Positions 21,881-36,349 of a DNA stretch of 41,834 nt are shown here, piece after piece. Below the pieces are notes generated by a model. That model saw nothing but the letters and a program-made list of their open reading frames with translations. It searched no databases and had not been told where the DNA came from. Numbering within the stretch: the stretch's first letter is position 1; every line of letters starts with the position of its first letter. The translations under genes and the position numbers were made by a program. The stretch comes from Bigelowiella natans CCMP2755 (lineage: Eukaryota; Protista; Cercozoa): contig ADNK01002079.1 in assembly GCA_000320545.1 (NCBI GenBank), positions 1 to 41,834 of the forward strand. Reading direction: 5' to 3'.

Positions 21881-23171
21881 TAACAACGGCCACCACTGAA
21901 CGTAGTAGTGTGCCCATTGCTTCACATTTTCGCTACATGTACGTTGCTTGCGTGTCATTTGCACGTCGTTACGTTGTGTCGTCGCACTAGGCCAGAGATA
22001 AAACTAGGAAGTGTACATTATGGCGGCAAAACGCGTGTACTTAACATATATATGGCTGCTCGTCGAGTGCTAGAGTTGCAAGCCAGAGCCAAATAAATAC
22101 AAGGTGCTACCTCTATCTAGCTGAGTCCACGTTGGTGTTAGATACGTTGTTAATTTTCCTTGTCACAACCGCCTTTTTAGCAGCTGAGTCTTTCTAGCTT
22201 TGCACTGTCCTTAATAATGAGCCACAATGTATCTGAATCGAAGCTTTGAAAGGCTGCATCCGCAGGAAGTCACAGCTTCGCAGTGGCGGTGCATGCGCGT
22301 ATATACGATACACGATACACACAAGCTCAAGCAAACACATGCACACATATGCATACGCAGTCAGCCATTCTAGCATTAGGGAGACAATCGAACAAATGTA
22401 ACTCATTTGCGCCATTGTACCCCGCCGTCTCATACATATACACGCGCGCACGCAGACGTGGCATGGCATGTGCACACGCTACACAAACGTGCGATGCAGC
22501 AATCCATGTAGGTACATATGTCAGTTATACAATAAATCTAGAAATATTTATGATTCAGAGTGCCGATCGCAAAAATCTTCATATGGCATTGTCCACTATT
22601 CGTGCAGCTAGGGTCACACGTTGTGATGTGTGTATTCACATTGTGCCTGATAACGTGTCTCTGTCACAAGTCGTTGTACATGACAACATGTGTCCGTGCG
22701 CTCATGAAGCAAATCGCGCAATTAAGAAGGCGCAACAAACGGCACATGCAGATGCAATGCCATAAAGACATTATGGAACGAACTTTTCATTTTTAAATTG
22801 ATCTCATATATGCGCTCGTGTAAAACCTAGCGCCTTCACTCTGAACAGATTATACCTCTAAGAAACCAAAACTTCTTTCCAAAACAAAAAGTCAACGGAA
22901 TAGTTCAAACATGATTAATGTGATGCACAATTTACAGAACAAAATTTAACTGAGGAAATTAATATGCATCGGGCATGGTGAGGTGAGCCGAATTCGCACA
23001 AGCTCAAAGAATATGTGGAAAACGCAGGACAAAGAGCCGAAGTATTACAACGTCTGATGATTACAAAACGCTATTATTTTTTCACTGAGTAGGAGAGAGG
23101 GGGAACGTCCACGCATTGTGGCGACGGAGGATTAAAAAAAAAATAATTTATTGTTTTGGCTACTTTTTCTG

Positions 23172-23881
23172 CTACTTAATTTTCAATGCAGAAATCAAGC
23201 ATTTACTTAAAGTCTCCCTCTGTTTCCTTAGGTTATGCTCAAGCGTAGGACAGTAGCGGAAACTTTGATGTGCGTCGTTTGGATGGCCGAGACTTCTTTG
23301 ATGGAACCTTTCTTCCATGACGCCAAGGTTTTGACCCCTGCAAGATGCTGCTCCCAGCAGCTCGCAGCGAGTGCCTCGCCTAACCAGAGTCAATGGAGAT
23401 ACAAACAAGTATGAACTAAAGGTCGCTATAGATATCAGCAACTGCATGGATATGCTGTACCGGGAGAGACTTGCAAAGCTCTTTTTCCTGCCTCGCACGG
23501 ACCTGCGGCCAAAGGCGATTTCGTTCAGCGACAGCAACAACCAATAGGGTAGGCATCTGTCATGTTTACCGTGCGCAACCTCACATGCACTATTACCTGT
23601 TCGAATCGTTCTCTATCACGTTTCTGTTGTGCCGCGCGTTTCAGCGCGATCACGTGTTCTGAGTCCGCGTTTCGTGTGCTAGGGAGAAGGCAAGGGCGGG
23701 GGACAGAGCAGAGATAACATAAAACCATTAGAAAGAGGAGGCCGAGGCTAGGAGCACAAAAACTTCACGTTCGGCGATATGATAGTTGGATTGTGATAGT
23801 TATCTCTTAAACACTACTTGCTTCTATTGACATGGCGACTGGCATCTTTATCGACCAACCTCCTATATCGTTGCTCGATCC

Positions 23882-23934
<53 letters not shown>

Positions 23935-24320
23935 CCGATATTCTCTGCTCCATTCTTTGGCGCAGTGCCACATCGGTATTTTGGTTGCGGTCCCTTGCCG
24001 CTGGGCTGCTATTCGTGCTCGTACCTTCTCGTCTTCCTTGAGCTGTTTATTGGGTAATCGAAGAACCAACAAAACAGAGTGATGAGGCAAGATTTGTATA
24101 TAATACTTACGCGAAAATGTTTGCCGCTCTTCAATTTATCAAGCACGTGTGAGTACATCTGGATGTTGGACGAAGAACGCAAGCGACCTGGCACTCCTTT
24201 TTCCCCTCGATTATACGCATGTCTTCAGCATTCCTTTTGGGGCGGGCCGGGTAGTAGGAGCATAGATTTCGAAACAGGAGAACAAACTCAAACATCGCAT
24301 TGGTTTTTTAAACATGTGCA

Positions 24321-24363
<43 letters not shown>

Positions 24364-26728
24364 CATAAATATTATATTTTTGTCTATATATATATATATA
24401 TATATATATACTATCGTGATGCTCGTCAAAACCTGAACATGGGTGTTCTGGCGCGGTCGAAGCGAAAGGGCATGGATCCAGATCCATGAGCAGAAACCTT
24501 ATTACGCCGATCTTGCACTTTCTGTCGCAATCTACCGAGGTAAATGGGCCGCCAGAACAACCACAAAGAAGTATTCAGCATCGGTTCGTTGAGCTTTCAA
24601 TCATCACGTTCTTCTACTCATTCCGCTATTTTCGGAGCTACTACTACCTCTGGTACTCAAGTTTTCGAAGCTGTCGTTTCTCTTCCACCATCTGCTCAGT
24701 TTCCGCATTTGGACTTTGTATATCCTGCGTCGCCGTCTGCAATTTGAGACAATGCAGGGAGATGCACACACAGTATCAGCGATGAAGCTTGGAACGAAGT
24801 GCGTTTTAACTTGGCTTTGCCTGGGTGTAGTTTCAGTTTTCATCTGTTCGAATCATCATCACCTTCGAGAAGTGAAGTAGCGAAACCGTCTTTTCTCGTG
24901 TAAGAGGCCCGTGGAGAAGACAGCTAATTGTTTTCGACCTTTGAGTGGTAGCCTTCCTGGACTTCAACAGCTGAATAGTCTTGGCCTTCCTGGATTTCGT
25001 TACCATTGAAGTTGATATTGACACCACATAAATATAAATACAGGTTCATGCATATACTAATTCGTCTATCTTTACTTTTCTTCCTCCATTTTAAGCCACA
25101 TTCTCTTCTTTGAGAGCAGCCTTGAGGTTTCCTTGTTTCGGCATTCGAATTCCTCGCTTCGTGTCTAGACAGGACAGAAAGAAAAGGTTCTGAAAAAAGA
25201 GAAAGGAATAGAATGCTGACAGGAGGAAACCTTTGCAAATCGTAGAGGTTTTGTGGCTCCCAATGACGATCCAGTACGCATTCGAGCAATTCTTCCCTTT
25301 CGTCTGAGAGGGTAGAAAGGCGTGTGAATACATGCAGAGCTACCAGCAGCTCTTCGCCTTAGTCGCCGAAATTACCTTCGCTTTTCATCCTCCGACGTTT
25401 TCTTCTTTTCTTGAACATTTGTTCTTGTATCCGCATTCCGGCATATTGGAACCCGACGCTGGGGGATTAAGAGAGGGCGATGAAGAAAACAAGAGTCAAG
25501 CCAAGTACCCGCAGATGAAACAACAAAATATCTATCCTGGATACCTGCGGACTAAACCGCATCGCCCCATGGTGGTCGTTGCCCTCGAGCCGTGGCTGAA
25601 CAGTCATAGAACAGGACTGCTCGGCAGTGAGGGTGAGGGCAGAGGCGTATTGCAAATTCGAATGTAACGCTGCTATCAACGATGTTACAATGGCATCGAC
25701 CAGACTCCAATTCCCCTGTATTTTCCTCATATTTACATGTCGCTCCGAACAAATTACTAACGATTTCAGGGTCGCTATCTACAGGGGTCTTTCACAAGTA
25801 TGGCGAGGGGATTTGTGCTAGTGTGATTTCGCGTAGGTGCTTGTCTCACGATCCAAAACCGCTGCGTTTTTCGAGAAATGGCACTTGCCTTCCCGTGCTG
25901 AAAAATACCAGTGAACAGCGAATATCACACTTCGCAAATGCCTGTTATTACGGGGATACCCCTCTCCCACAGAAAGAACATCAGCGCAATGATTCGCCCA
26001 ACGAAGGGCGAAAGAAGCTCTATTCTCATAGGATTTAGTTTAATTTTGAGGGAATTCGCGTTAGATTCTCCAAATACGACCCGATTTGTGCCTGTTTCTC
26101 TCTCTCGGATGCAGGTTTGCATTCTGAATCTTCCATTTACAGTGTGCATCAACTCCATCTCCGAATGTGCCTTGTCCACACAAGCCAAAGCGCACTTGCC
26201 GCGCAGACTTAGAACAGTGCAGCAAGTGACAGGCAAGGTCTTGATTCTGGCTGCCGTTTTGTTGATGTGTGAGAAAAATAAGTCTTGCCTCATTCCGCAC
26301 CGCGAAGCTACCGTAGAAATCCAGCGTTGCTCTTTTGAAGACACATCTAGAATGATGTCGTTTTTGTAAATCTCCGTTGGATCGACCCAATTCCCTCCCC
26401 AGTCTCCGCCTCTGCAGGACGTTACGAGTATCATTCGCAGGGCGCAAAGTGTTAATTGTAGATTTGCTGCCGGTGGGTTTGCTGCCAGAAGAGCAAGATC
26501 CAGCACGAAAGGATTCATAAGTCCAAAAGCGAATATCCAACGAAGCTCCACCTCGCTTTTCCAATTTGCGTCAAGCTGGATCCTACCGAAACCTATCTTC
26601 GTTGTGCAAAAGTTGCCTTTATTTGCGCCCACAGCAAATTCGCTTTGATCCGGAGCACGGACCCGCAATCGCTTCTCTCCCAGTCCGGTACAGTGGAAAG
26701 AACCAGGCATTTCAGGAAGGAGGAGCAA
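23172..26728 (-). CDS. Multi-exon hypothetical protein gene(s)
   Basis: Series of minus-strand exon-like frames with GT-AG boundaries and microsatellite introns. No recognisable domain, and the exon structure is unresolved. Confidence 0.35.
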
Positions 26729-27096
26729 GGGGAGCTACCGAATGTCTGATGAATTGACTGAGTTCTAATAAAAGAAACTTTAGAGGTTTTGGACGATTAG
26801 AGCAAATGATAACAGCTGCGCGGGGTGACGGCGGTGGGCCCACGCAATTAGGCGCTGTGCCGAACGATCATATACGCAAACCTCATTGGAACGATCCTCC
26901 TCCTTCTAATCCTCGCGTGGGTGAGGGTATGAAAGAGGAGGATGAAGGGGAAAGGCCATCATTGGGTCAGGACGGGGGAGGCGAACAAATCAATGAAAGT
27001 ACGACCAAAGGATCCATCGCAACGATCTCCGCTGCTTCGACTAATAGCAGCGGCAGCAATAACAACACCACTAGCAGCAATAGCCACGACTAAGAT

Positions 27097-30000
27097 ATGT
27101 ATAGTCTTTGGCATTGCACCGATGTCGGTTCCGAAGATGGAGAATCGGGTTTGGTGGGCGGCAGGGAGGGAGGGGACGGGTTGAGTAGCTGGATTGTCGA
27201 TGCTCCATCGAGGAATCTCACGCAGCACCACACGCTTCATTCTATCCATGTGAGTTACAGTAATAATTACGAGGAAGAGCCGGCAATGATTGCCCCCTCC
27301 TCGTTCTATCAAGACCCCCTGGATGGCGGGACTGCCGAGCGTTATGATGGGCTGAATCATCATCCTCATTCTCATCATCACCACCACCACCACCATAGCG
27401 ATGATGATCTCAACAACGGCAACAACAACAACAACAACCCGCTTTCAGAAGACTCCCTCCCCCATCACCACCATCACCACCAAGCCCTCAACAACGGCCT
27501 TGCTCATTCGTCAGGCGTAGAGTCTGATATCAGATCTCACCCCCCCCAACACCACCACCAGCAGCACCACCACCGCCATAACGACCACGCCAGCGGGGGG
27601 GGGATGGAAATTTCGATATATGACGAGGATATGGACGACAAGAAGCATATTTATGACGATGGAAGCTGCAGCAGGGATATAAGTCTGATAGCCGGGGGAG
27701 AGGGACTCTACGATACTACCGTAAAAGAGCTAGACGGACAGGGGGGGAGGGGGGGGAGGGGGGAAGCGGCGTTTGGGTTAGGCATGATTTCTGAAAGGAA
27801 CAACACGGGAAGAAGGGGGCTAGACCTAGCCCTTAGCAACTATCAGCGGCATAAGGAAGACACCTCGTACGAGATTACAGAGAATAATACGTCGTCCTTA
27901 CCAGAAACCTCAGGAGCTACCCCCCCCCCAAACCCCTTTCCTGAGCAAGTGAACGATGATGAGATCCAGGAGAAACGGGTAAGTGGCGGAGGGGGCGGCG
28001 GCTGTAAAGCACTTGAATCAACATCACCAGGGAAGGAGCACAAAGCAGCAGCTAATGTTAGGAAGGTGAAGAAGAAGATCCCGCGAAAGAAGAAGAGAGG
28101 TAGGCCAAAGAGAAAGGGAAAGAAGCAGCAAATGCAGGCTATCAATCGCGTCTCCCCGTCGGCGAGGACTCCTTCCTCCTCCTCCCCCTCCTCCTCCCTC
28201 ACTCTCTCCTCCGCTAGTCCCAACGCAAAAACATCTCGTATCCGGCGTGGAAAGAGGCCTGGTAGCAGCATCGTCGATTGGAACTCGATTGTGTGTAACA
28301 GAAAAGCTGTCAATGCCGAGATTCAAGCAATGGAGGAGAGGGGGAACACGCAGCGCACATTGCCGTTTCTTCCTATTAAAAAGTCGGCGTTGGTATCAGT
28401 CACCGTTGTGGAAAATCATGGAGGTTATTGCGGAAGAGGAAGGAGGCGGCGGCGACGGGGAGGGTGGAGGAGGAGGGGGAGGGGGAGGGGGAGGGGGAGG
28501 AGCTTAGCCTCCTCAAGGGTTGAAGACTATTATCACAGCACCGCTGGATGGTATCCAGGAGCGAGGAAGAGGAAGAAATTGGAGAAGGGGGAAGAAAAGG
28601 AAGAAGGTCAGGCAAATATTCGGATTTTGATGATTATGATGATGATGATGATTGATGGGTGATGATCACCTTTCTTATTACAATCGTCGTCACAAGCATA
28701 TTCATTATCATCATATCGTCAATGCCGTCGTTGTCACCGTGAGTCGTATTTGTGCGTGTGTGTGTGTGTGTGTGTAACTGCAATTTACAAGCGTATTTAA
28801 CCTGATATCACCTTAGGAATTCTGTACATACCCCCCCTCCCAGTTCCTCCTACGGCAAAAAGTAAAAGATTCACGCCTAAGATCCGTACTACTGCTGGAG
28901 GAGGGGAAAGCATGAAGTTGGTGGTGGGGTGCACTACGAGCAGCGGTAGCAGGATCAACGACACGGAAAAGATCATCTACAAATTGACAGCAGTTAAGAC
29001 CCCCGCAGTGGAAGCTCTCCCTTCTACAATGGTAATTGTTCTCACTAGCAGCGCCATAGAGTCATTGAGTGATAATCAGCCCTTAGAAACCCAATAACAA
29101 CACCTGCGATCTGTGACAGACGTACGTGACGGTGACAAGCAGCGTCAGGGCGGAGGATGATAAGAAGCTTAGATTCGTTCCTTACCTTTCGGAAAACCAA
29201 CAGGTGTGAATAAACTAATATGGCCGATCTCTAAGAGGGGAAAAAATTCCTCCCCCGCCCTCCCTCCCGCCCACAGACCTAGAATGTGCTTTAGTTTCGT
29301 ATACTCTTCGCCTTGTTCTTTGCTGCCCTGACTCCCTCCCCCCACCCCCCCTTCCCTTCTGTCGCAGGTGGGGCTGAACCTGTCTTTGTACAACAAGTAA
29401 GATCCCAAAGTCCTTCATTGTATTGTTGTAAATCACAAAACATCACCCGATTAGTAACCGTCATAATCATCATCATCATCGTCATCATCATCTTCAATCG
29501 CTATATGTTCGCACGACAGGCTTCCATGGTATGATAGCAGTGATAGCAATGATGATAACGACGAAGGGCAAGAGGAAGAGGACAAGGAAAAGAAGAAGAA
29601 GAAGATGACAATGAAGAAGAAGATGCTGATGGGGGGGGTGACAAAGGGAACGGACAGCAGAATCAAGCAAAACGCTCATGATTACAAAGACGCCGGCAAT
29701 TTATCAAAGAAGCCTATTTCTCCCCATCCTTCACCATCACTGCTTTCACCAGAAGCAGCAGAAACCATACAACAACAACAACAACAACAACAAGACGTCA
29801 AGCAGACTAATCAACATCAATCGTCGCAAAGCACACCGATTTCTCCTTTATCGTCGCAAGGTAGCAGCAACAGCAGCCGCCCCATGTTTATGACCCCTCT
29901 TCCTCCTCTCCCTCCCCCCCTCCTACCTCCAACTGATAAAACTTGCGGAGTTCAGATTTCGCCTCCAGCAGTTGAAATAGATGAAGCGAGAAGAGCCGTC

Positions 30001-31118
30001 GATACTGCCACCCCCCCCTCCCCCTCGTTATCAGCGTACAGAAAATATTTTTGCCGAAGGTGCTATAAGTACAACTGCAAGATGCACGGAGTTGACCATC
30101 CAAGGAGCAAGGAGATTCGAGTAGGCAGCGGCGACTACGAGCAGCAGCAGCGGCAGCAGCAGCAGCAGCAGATACGACAGCAGAAGAAGAAAATCAAGAA
30201 GAGGGCGATGAAGAAGAAGAGAGGGAGAAAGAAGAGGCAGAAGAAAGGAGCAGGGGGGCCAGCGCGCAACGGTAGCGACGACGAAGAAAACGACGAAGAT
30301 AATGACAATACTTGGTTGATGATAGATCGAACAACGCCACGAGTCCCTTGCGGGCCGATGTGCTTCTTGCCACAAGTAGATGCTAAGGAGCTAACGAATG
30401 CCCCCCCCTCCCTCCACAGCATCCACGTGCGAGTTGTCCGACCGTCGTCGAGCAATAAGCAAGTGCATCCTAGCATGTCGCCACAGCAAGTAAAGGCCTC
30501 ATCTTTCACCCGCTCATCATCATCATCATCATCACCACCACCACCAACAACAACGACAACATCAATATCGTCATCGTCAACGCCATCATCGCCCCTCCCC
30601 CCAGTAGCAGCTATAGAGCCATCGTCATCAGCATTAAGGCGTCATTCGCCGTTGGGGGAGGACTCTGTTGGCATTGAAGACGTTTTGAACGGAGATCATG
30701 CCAGCAATACCAGCAACTTCGCATCGAAGCACATGCCCTCATCCTCGACTGCGCCCACCGCCGCCTCCCAATCGTCTCCATCTGCCATCGGTGACGCAGG
30801 GAAGGGGGGGAGGAGCGAGCTGGCAAACAGCCACAGTACTGCCTTCCAGAAGGATGGCGCTTGTGATGAGAAAAAGAAGAAGAGGAGGAAGAAGAAGAAA
30901 AAGGACGATGAGGAAAGTGTTCCAAAAAGCAGAAAGAAGGGGTATAATATCGGTGAATCCATACAGCCCCAAGCAATAGATAAGGTGAGCCTCACTACCA
31001 TCATTACTATCATCATCAACGTATTCTTCGATGTCGTCATGTAATCATCGTCATAAGTCATCGTACACACACACACTCTCTCTCTCTATCTATCTCTCTC
31101 TCTCTCTCTTTCTCTATC

Positions 31119-31155
<37 letters not shown>

Positions 31156-32406
31156 CACACCACACAATCTGTTTGCCTTTGCTGCTACGACAAACAACAG
31201 ACGGGGCCGACGCTAGTTGTGAAGGTGAAGGGGCATGATTCCTACCCATATGTTCCCGATGTGGATCCCAGCAGCATTGAAAACCATATGAACTATCACG
31301 TGGTAAAGACGGCGGATGACACCCCGGCCGAGGATGACGATTCATCGGAAAAACCTGAAAAACCTGCGCAGAATAACAGGGGGGGGGGAATGGAAAGCTC
31401 AGCTAGCAAGAAAAAGGTGACAGCGATTGCTTTGGAGGATGATGCAAAGAAACCTGACCTTCGTCCTTCCGCCACTTCCTGGACAGAAGAAGAGGAGAAA
31501 ATACTTAAATATGCAGTATTCGTTTCAGGGCCGAACTATTGCAAGATCGCCGCTCTTCTCGGTTGCCCCCTCCCCTTCTTTCCCATTTTCCATTTTGGAC
31601 AGTAGAGTAGAATGTTCCAGGGGGAGGGGGCGGGGCTGATGTTTGGCAAAAAAAAAAAAAAAAAAAAGAAACTCACACTCCCCTTTGTCTCAACGCATAC
31701 AAGATGCCAATCACAGCTACGATTGGTGCTTTATTTTTAAGTCGCCTCACTGCATTCTAACGTTGCTTCGTTTCTCCCGCCCGGCTATCAGGCCCAACAA
31801 AAACATGCCGTGATGTGTACTTGTACCTTCAAGCTCGATTGCCAGCCCAACCGAAGCACCACCACACCAACGCAAACAGCGCCTCTCCCCCGTTACTGCT
31901 GCCGCCCTGTCCTTTGCCCCGCAAGCTTCCCCCCTCCTTCCTGGTTGACGGCGAGATTAAACCATGTGTTCTCAATGCATGCGGGAAGCTGGCGTCTGGG
32001 GCCGCACCTATCATCACGAAGATCAGTGCTGCAAGTAGCGCTAGTATGACCGCCACGGTTGGGACGTCATCTATCGATGCTACAAGGACTACAACAGCAC
32101 CAACTACTAGTACTGCCGACAACGTACTTCATCTTGTTGGAACACGTAAAGAGCCGGCAGCAGGTGAAATTTGATGTGACTGCAATGAGGTCATGAGAGC
32201 GGCAAAAGCTTCTTCGTCGTCATCATCTTCTTCCTCTTCATCATCCTTCTCCTCCCCATCTCTCCTCTCGCGCCATTCCGATCCCAAGGAGAGCGCTGGT
32301 GGGGGGAAGGGTGACGCAACGGCCTCTGGGCAGCTCACTGATGGGCATTTCAACTGTGCTTTCATAGCCAATCCCTCATCATCATCGTCGTCGTTGTCGT
32401 ATCTGG

Positions 32407-32441
<35 letters not shown>

Positions 32442-32860
32442 ATATCCTCGTCATTATCAGCAGCAGCAGCGGTTCTCTCTCTATCGTCCTTATCCTCACC
32501 ATCGTTGCCATCATCGTCGCCATCATCAGTATCACTCTCCCTTCCGACTATCTGCCCTCGGCCCTCCCTCCCCCCCTCTGCCATTCCCAAGCAGCCAGTC
32601 CTCGGCAAAAATGGAGGCAGCAAAGCGGGGGGAGGGGGTAGGAAGCGGAGGAACAATAAAGATCATCAGATTAAGGTACTAGTGCAAGGACAATAGGGTA
32701 GTTGAGTAGTAGTAGAAGTAGGAGGAGGGGGGGGGGGGAGGGGAGGAGAGAGCAATATCACCGTACTCTTCTGTGGTGGATGTTGACAAGAGAAATGAGG
32801 AAAATTGGAAGAACGTCCAAGAAAGAGTAGTTGTGGTAGTTGCAGGAGAAAATAGTTGGC

Positions 32861-32893
<33 letters not shown>

Positions 32894-33688
32894 CCAAGAT
32901 ATGATTAAAAAGAGTCGCTAAAACCTACCCAATCATCCGCATTTTTTCCCTTTTCCCCAGCAATTTTAACCTTAATTTCACCTCATGTGCTCCCCCCCCC
33001 CCCCCCTCCAAATCTCGAAACCTTCTTCTTTTTCCTTCTTCTTCCAGGCAATAGCAAATATGATGAAGAGGCGTAGGCTGCCTCGCCACTACAAGCCTTG
33101 TCATCACCCAGGCCTTCCTTGCACCGTTGCGAGCGGCTGCTCATGTGCTATTGCTATTGGCTTTTGTGATAAGTTCTGTGCGTGTGAGGCTGCGTGTGGT
33201 AGGCGCTTTCAAGGCTGCAAGTGCCAACAGGGAACGTGCAGGACGAAGGCATGCCCATGTTATGCTGCTGACCGTGAGTGCGATCCGGTAGAGTGATGAT
33301 GATGATGATGACGATGATGGTGATGATGATAACGGTGATGAAGATGATGCTTTCCATAGCAACATACAATGAAAACTGATAAAAACTGTAGGATCTCTGC
33401 CGTCATTGTCGCTCCGAAGTGCTCGGCTATCCCCCCTCCTTACACCCCGTCGCAGCCGCAGCAACGACGCAAACAGCTACTAATGCTGCAGCACGGGAGG
33501 GGGGGCATGATCCAACTGGCACTAGCCTGGGCATTAATCCGTCGATGATGAGGAAAGCAAGGACGGCTGTTTCTCCTTCTTTTTCTTCTTCTTCGGAGCA
33601 ATCGAAGCATAGGAGATTCTGTCGTAATGTCCAAATACGATTCAGCAACAAGTACCTATTACTATCATTACCATTATTGTCATTCTTA

Positions 33689-33725
<37 letters not shown>

Positions 33726-36228
33726 GATTGTGCGAGTATGAATGTGCATGTTAGCCAACACATAGTTCCAAAGAATAATGGTGGATGAAATATCCGCACT
33801 GAAACGCACATGTGTTGAAGGCGGAAAAGCCTTGATTTTTTAGATACTTGCCCACTCTCAATCCTCATGATTCGATCCTTTTACCAGAATGCGTCGCGGG
33901 GTCTTGCTTGGTCGGTCTCGAGTTCATGGATGGGGCACTTTCGCAAGGGACGATACAAAAAAAGACGCACTCATAGCGGAGTATGTTGGAGAGGTAAGGC
34001 TCTATCACAAGATCCGTGGACGTCGTCGTTTTTGCTAAGAAGGCGAGGCAATGAGAGCGGTTGAGCGAGTTATGAGGAGAGGGGGCGCCGGGGGAGGGGG
34101 GGGGGGGGACTTATTCACATGGGATGGTATTGCGTGACCCAAACCTTTTAAAGTATTTGTCTTTTTTGAAACTAGATACCACTGATGATTCTGCATTGTA
34201 CATCTCCCTCCACCCCGTTGGGTTGTGCCGTGGGTCGTCTATAATCAGCGTTCTTTGCTTTGAATGGAATTCGAATTTGATTATCATAGCAATCCATGAG
34301 AGCATTGCCTTGTATTGCTGACTCTGAGGAGAGCCTTTATCACCTTACTCTACCAAACCATCACGATAAATGATGGTGATATTCCAACGTCGCGACTCAT
34401 TCGTTGTTCGTAACAAAAGGTTTGCAAATCACAGCGACAAGCCCAACTGCTATCCTCGTGCTGTTCGAGTGAAGTAAGAAAGGGGGGGGGGGTTAGGAGG
34501 GGGCATGGGATGTCTGAAGCTGATACGCGCTGCTCGAGTGCTTTCACTAATAGAGCTCCCACTTGTATTAACTGCCGTTTTGTAGCGGACAACATCGCAT
34601 TGGGATATTTGCCAAAATGGATATTCGGAAGGGGGAGGAGCTCTTTTTCAAGGTATGTATGTATCTCCCGCCACTCTGCGTATTTAAGCGATACAGCACG
34701 GTTCTTCTTTAATACATGCGCGATAAGACGAAACGACAAGCCGTCTTTTTGGAGTGTTTTTCTGTCACTTTGAAACAAATCGGATCTTCGTCTTCGGCAG
34801 AGCGCATTGAGATCAATCTGCAGTTATGATGTTATTGTGCGTTTTTGCAAAAAACATGCGTATGTGTGTGTGTGTGTGCGCGCGCGCACGTGCGCGTGGA
34901 TTCAGACCTTGTCTTTTTCTCTCTTATATACGTGTTTACTATCCTGCTGTGTATCTCCTTCTTATGATCATTCTCATGATCACATAATCGTCGTCATTAT
35001 CGTCTTCATCATCATCGTCGTTTGCCAGTGTCATCACCGTTATCTCATCACACAGTACTGCCATGGTCACACCGGCAATATCCCAGACTGGTACGGTGCG
35101 AAGAACAAGAATCCTCTATCTGATAACGGCACTATTCCAGGAGGGGGGGGCAGCAGCAGCAGCACCCGCGCCCAGAGAAAAGTAGCAGCCGTCGATACTG
35201 GCGAGTCTGCTGCCGTTGTTACAGAGAAGATAAACAGGAGGGGGGGGAGGAGGAGGAGGAAAAGGACAGTGTCCGCATCGGCGATTTCTGCGGCTAGTAA
35301 CGGAGTGAAACTAGCCTTCCCCCCCTCATCATCATCATCATCATCCTCTTCTTCTTCTTCTTACTCGTTCTCAAAATCAACATCCCCGCCATCTCTCTCC
35401 GCAGTGCCAATATCAAAGCCGAAACCCTCTTTGCATCTGGCGGAAGGGGGGCGGGGGGGGAGCAAAGAAGGGCGAGGACTCCTGCGAGCAGTGGAAAGTT
35501 CAGCCAAGAGGATGAAACAAGCAGCGGGCATCGATGCGAACAGCAATGGAGGTCACCGTAGGACCACGTATAATAGCCGACAAGCTGCTCTCGCCTCGAA
35601 AGCAGCAGCTTTTGAAGCTGCAACGATGGCGACGACTCCCAGCAATACGACAACGACTACCACCACAGCAATGATGATGATGATGATGATGAGGATGGGG
35701 AGCGGAGAAACTAGTAACGTGCGTCGTCACCACAAACCCGGGCTCTTGCCACCCCAGCCTCCTACGAGAAGCGCCGCCGCTGCCGCACTTGCTAAGATGA
35801 AGAAGATGACGACGAAGAAAAGGAAGAGGAAGTATGGCCAAAGTTTCCATAGTCGGACAAACGACAACTACTTCAAGAGAGGCCAAATAAAAGCGTCTTT
35901 AGCCCGAAACCATCACCTCCCCACCAAGAGAAGTGGCAGGAGCAGCAGCGGCTGCCAGAAGGATAATGATGATTTTCGGGCGAATAATGCTGAATATAGT
36001 AGTAATAATAATAAGCAGAGATCCAATTCCCAACGGCGGTACTTCTGTAGGCATTGCCAGCGTGGCTTTGTGTACCGCGCAAGGCATCGGACCCACGAAA
36101 CCTTCTTCTGTACTGAGCGCCCCGCCGAGGAAGCGAAATCACAAATTTCCGTAAAGGCAGACGAAGGGTCGTTGTCTCTGGCGGCGTCGTCGTCGTCATC
36201 ACCGTCGTTATCTGCATCAACAGGATAA
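27097..36228 (+). CDS. E(z): Enhancer-of-zeste (PRC2) H3K27 methyltransferase homolog with long low-complexity insertions
   Basis: AEDDKKLRFVPY (~29150), YFCRRCYKYNCKMHG, PCGPMCF, SANT WTEEEEK…NYCKIAALLG/TKTCRDV, CXC YKPCHHPG…CPCYAADRECDP, and SET motifs HGWGTFA…AEYVGE, FANHSDKPNC and HRIGIFAK…GEELFF. Start uncertain (possibly 26806). Confidence 0.92.
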
Positions 36229-36349
36229 GCAACAACGATGTTTGTAGTCACGAAGTACTTTTTCGTAATGAGGTTTCGCTGTCATCGCGTGTTTGTAAGT
36301 GTCGTAGTCATGACACTGCCTCTACTGTTAATTGTGCTACTTTACCTTA

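Noticed and set aside
33996-34064. ALSQD…SSFLL…RRGN as a remnant of the missing SET segment
   Set aside because: Out of frame, much too short and located just after a good GTAAGG donor; probably coincidence.
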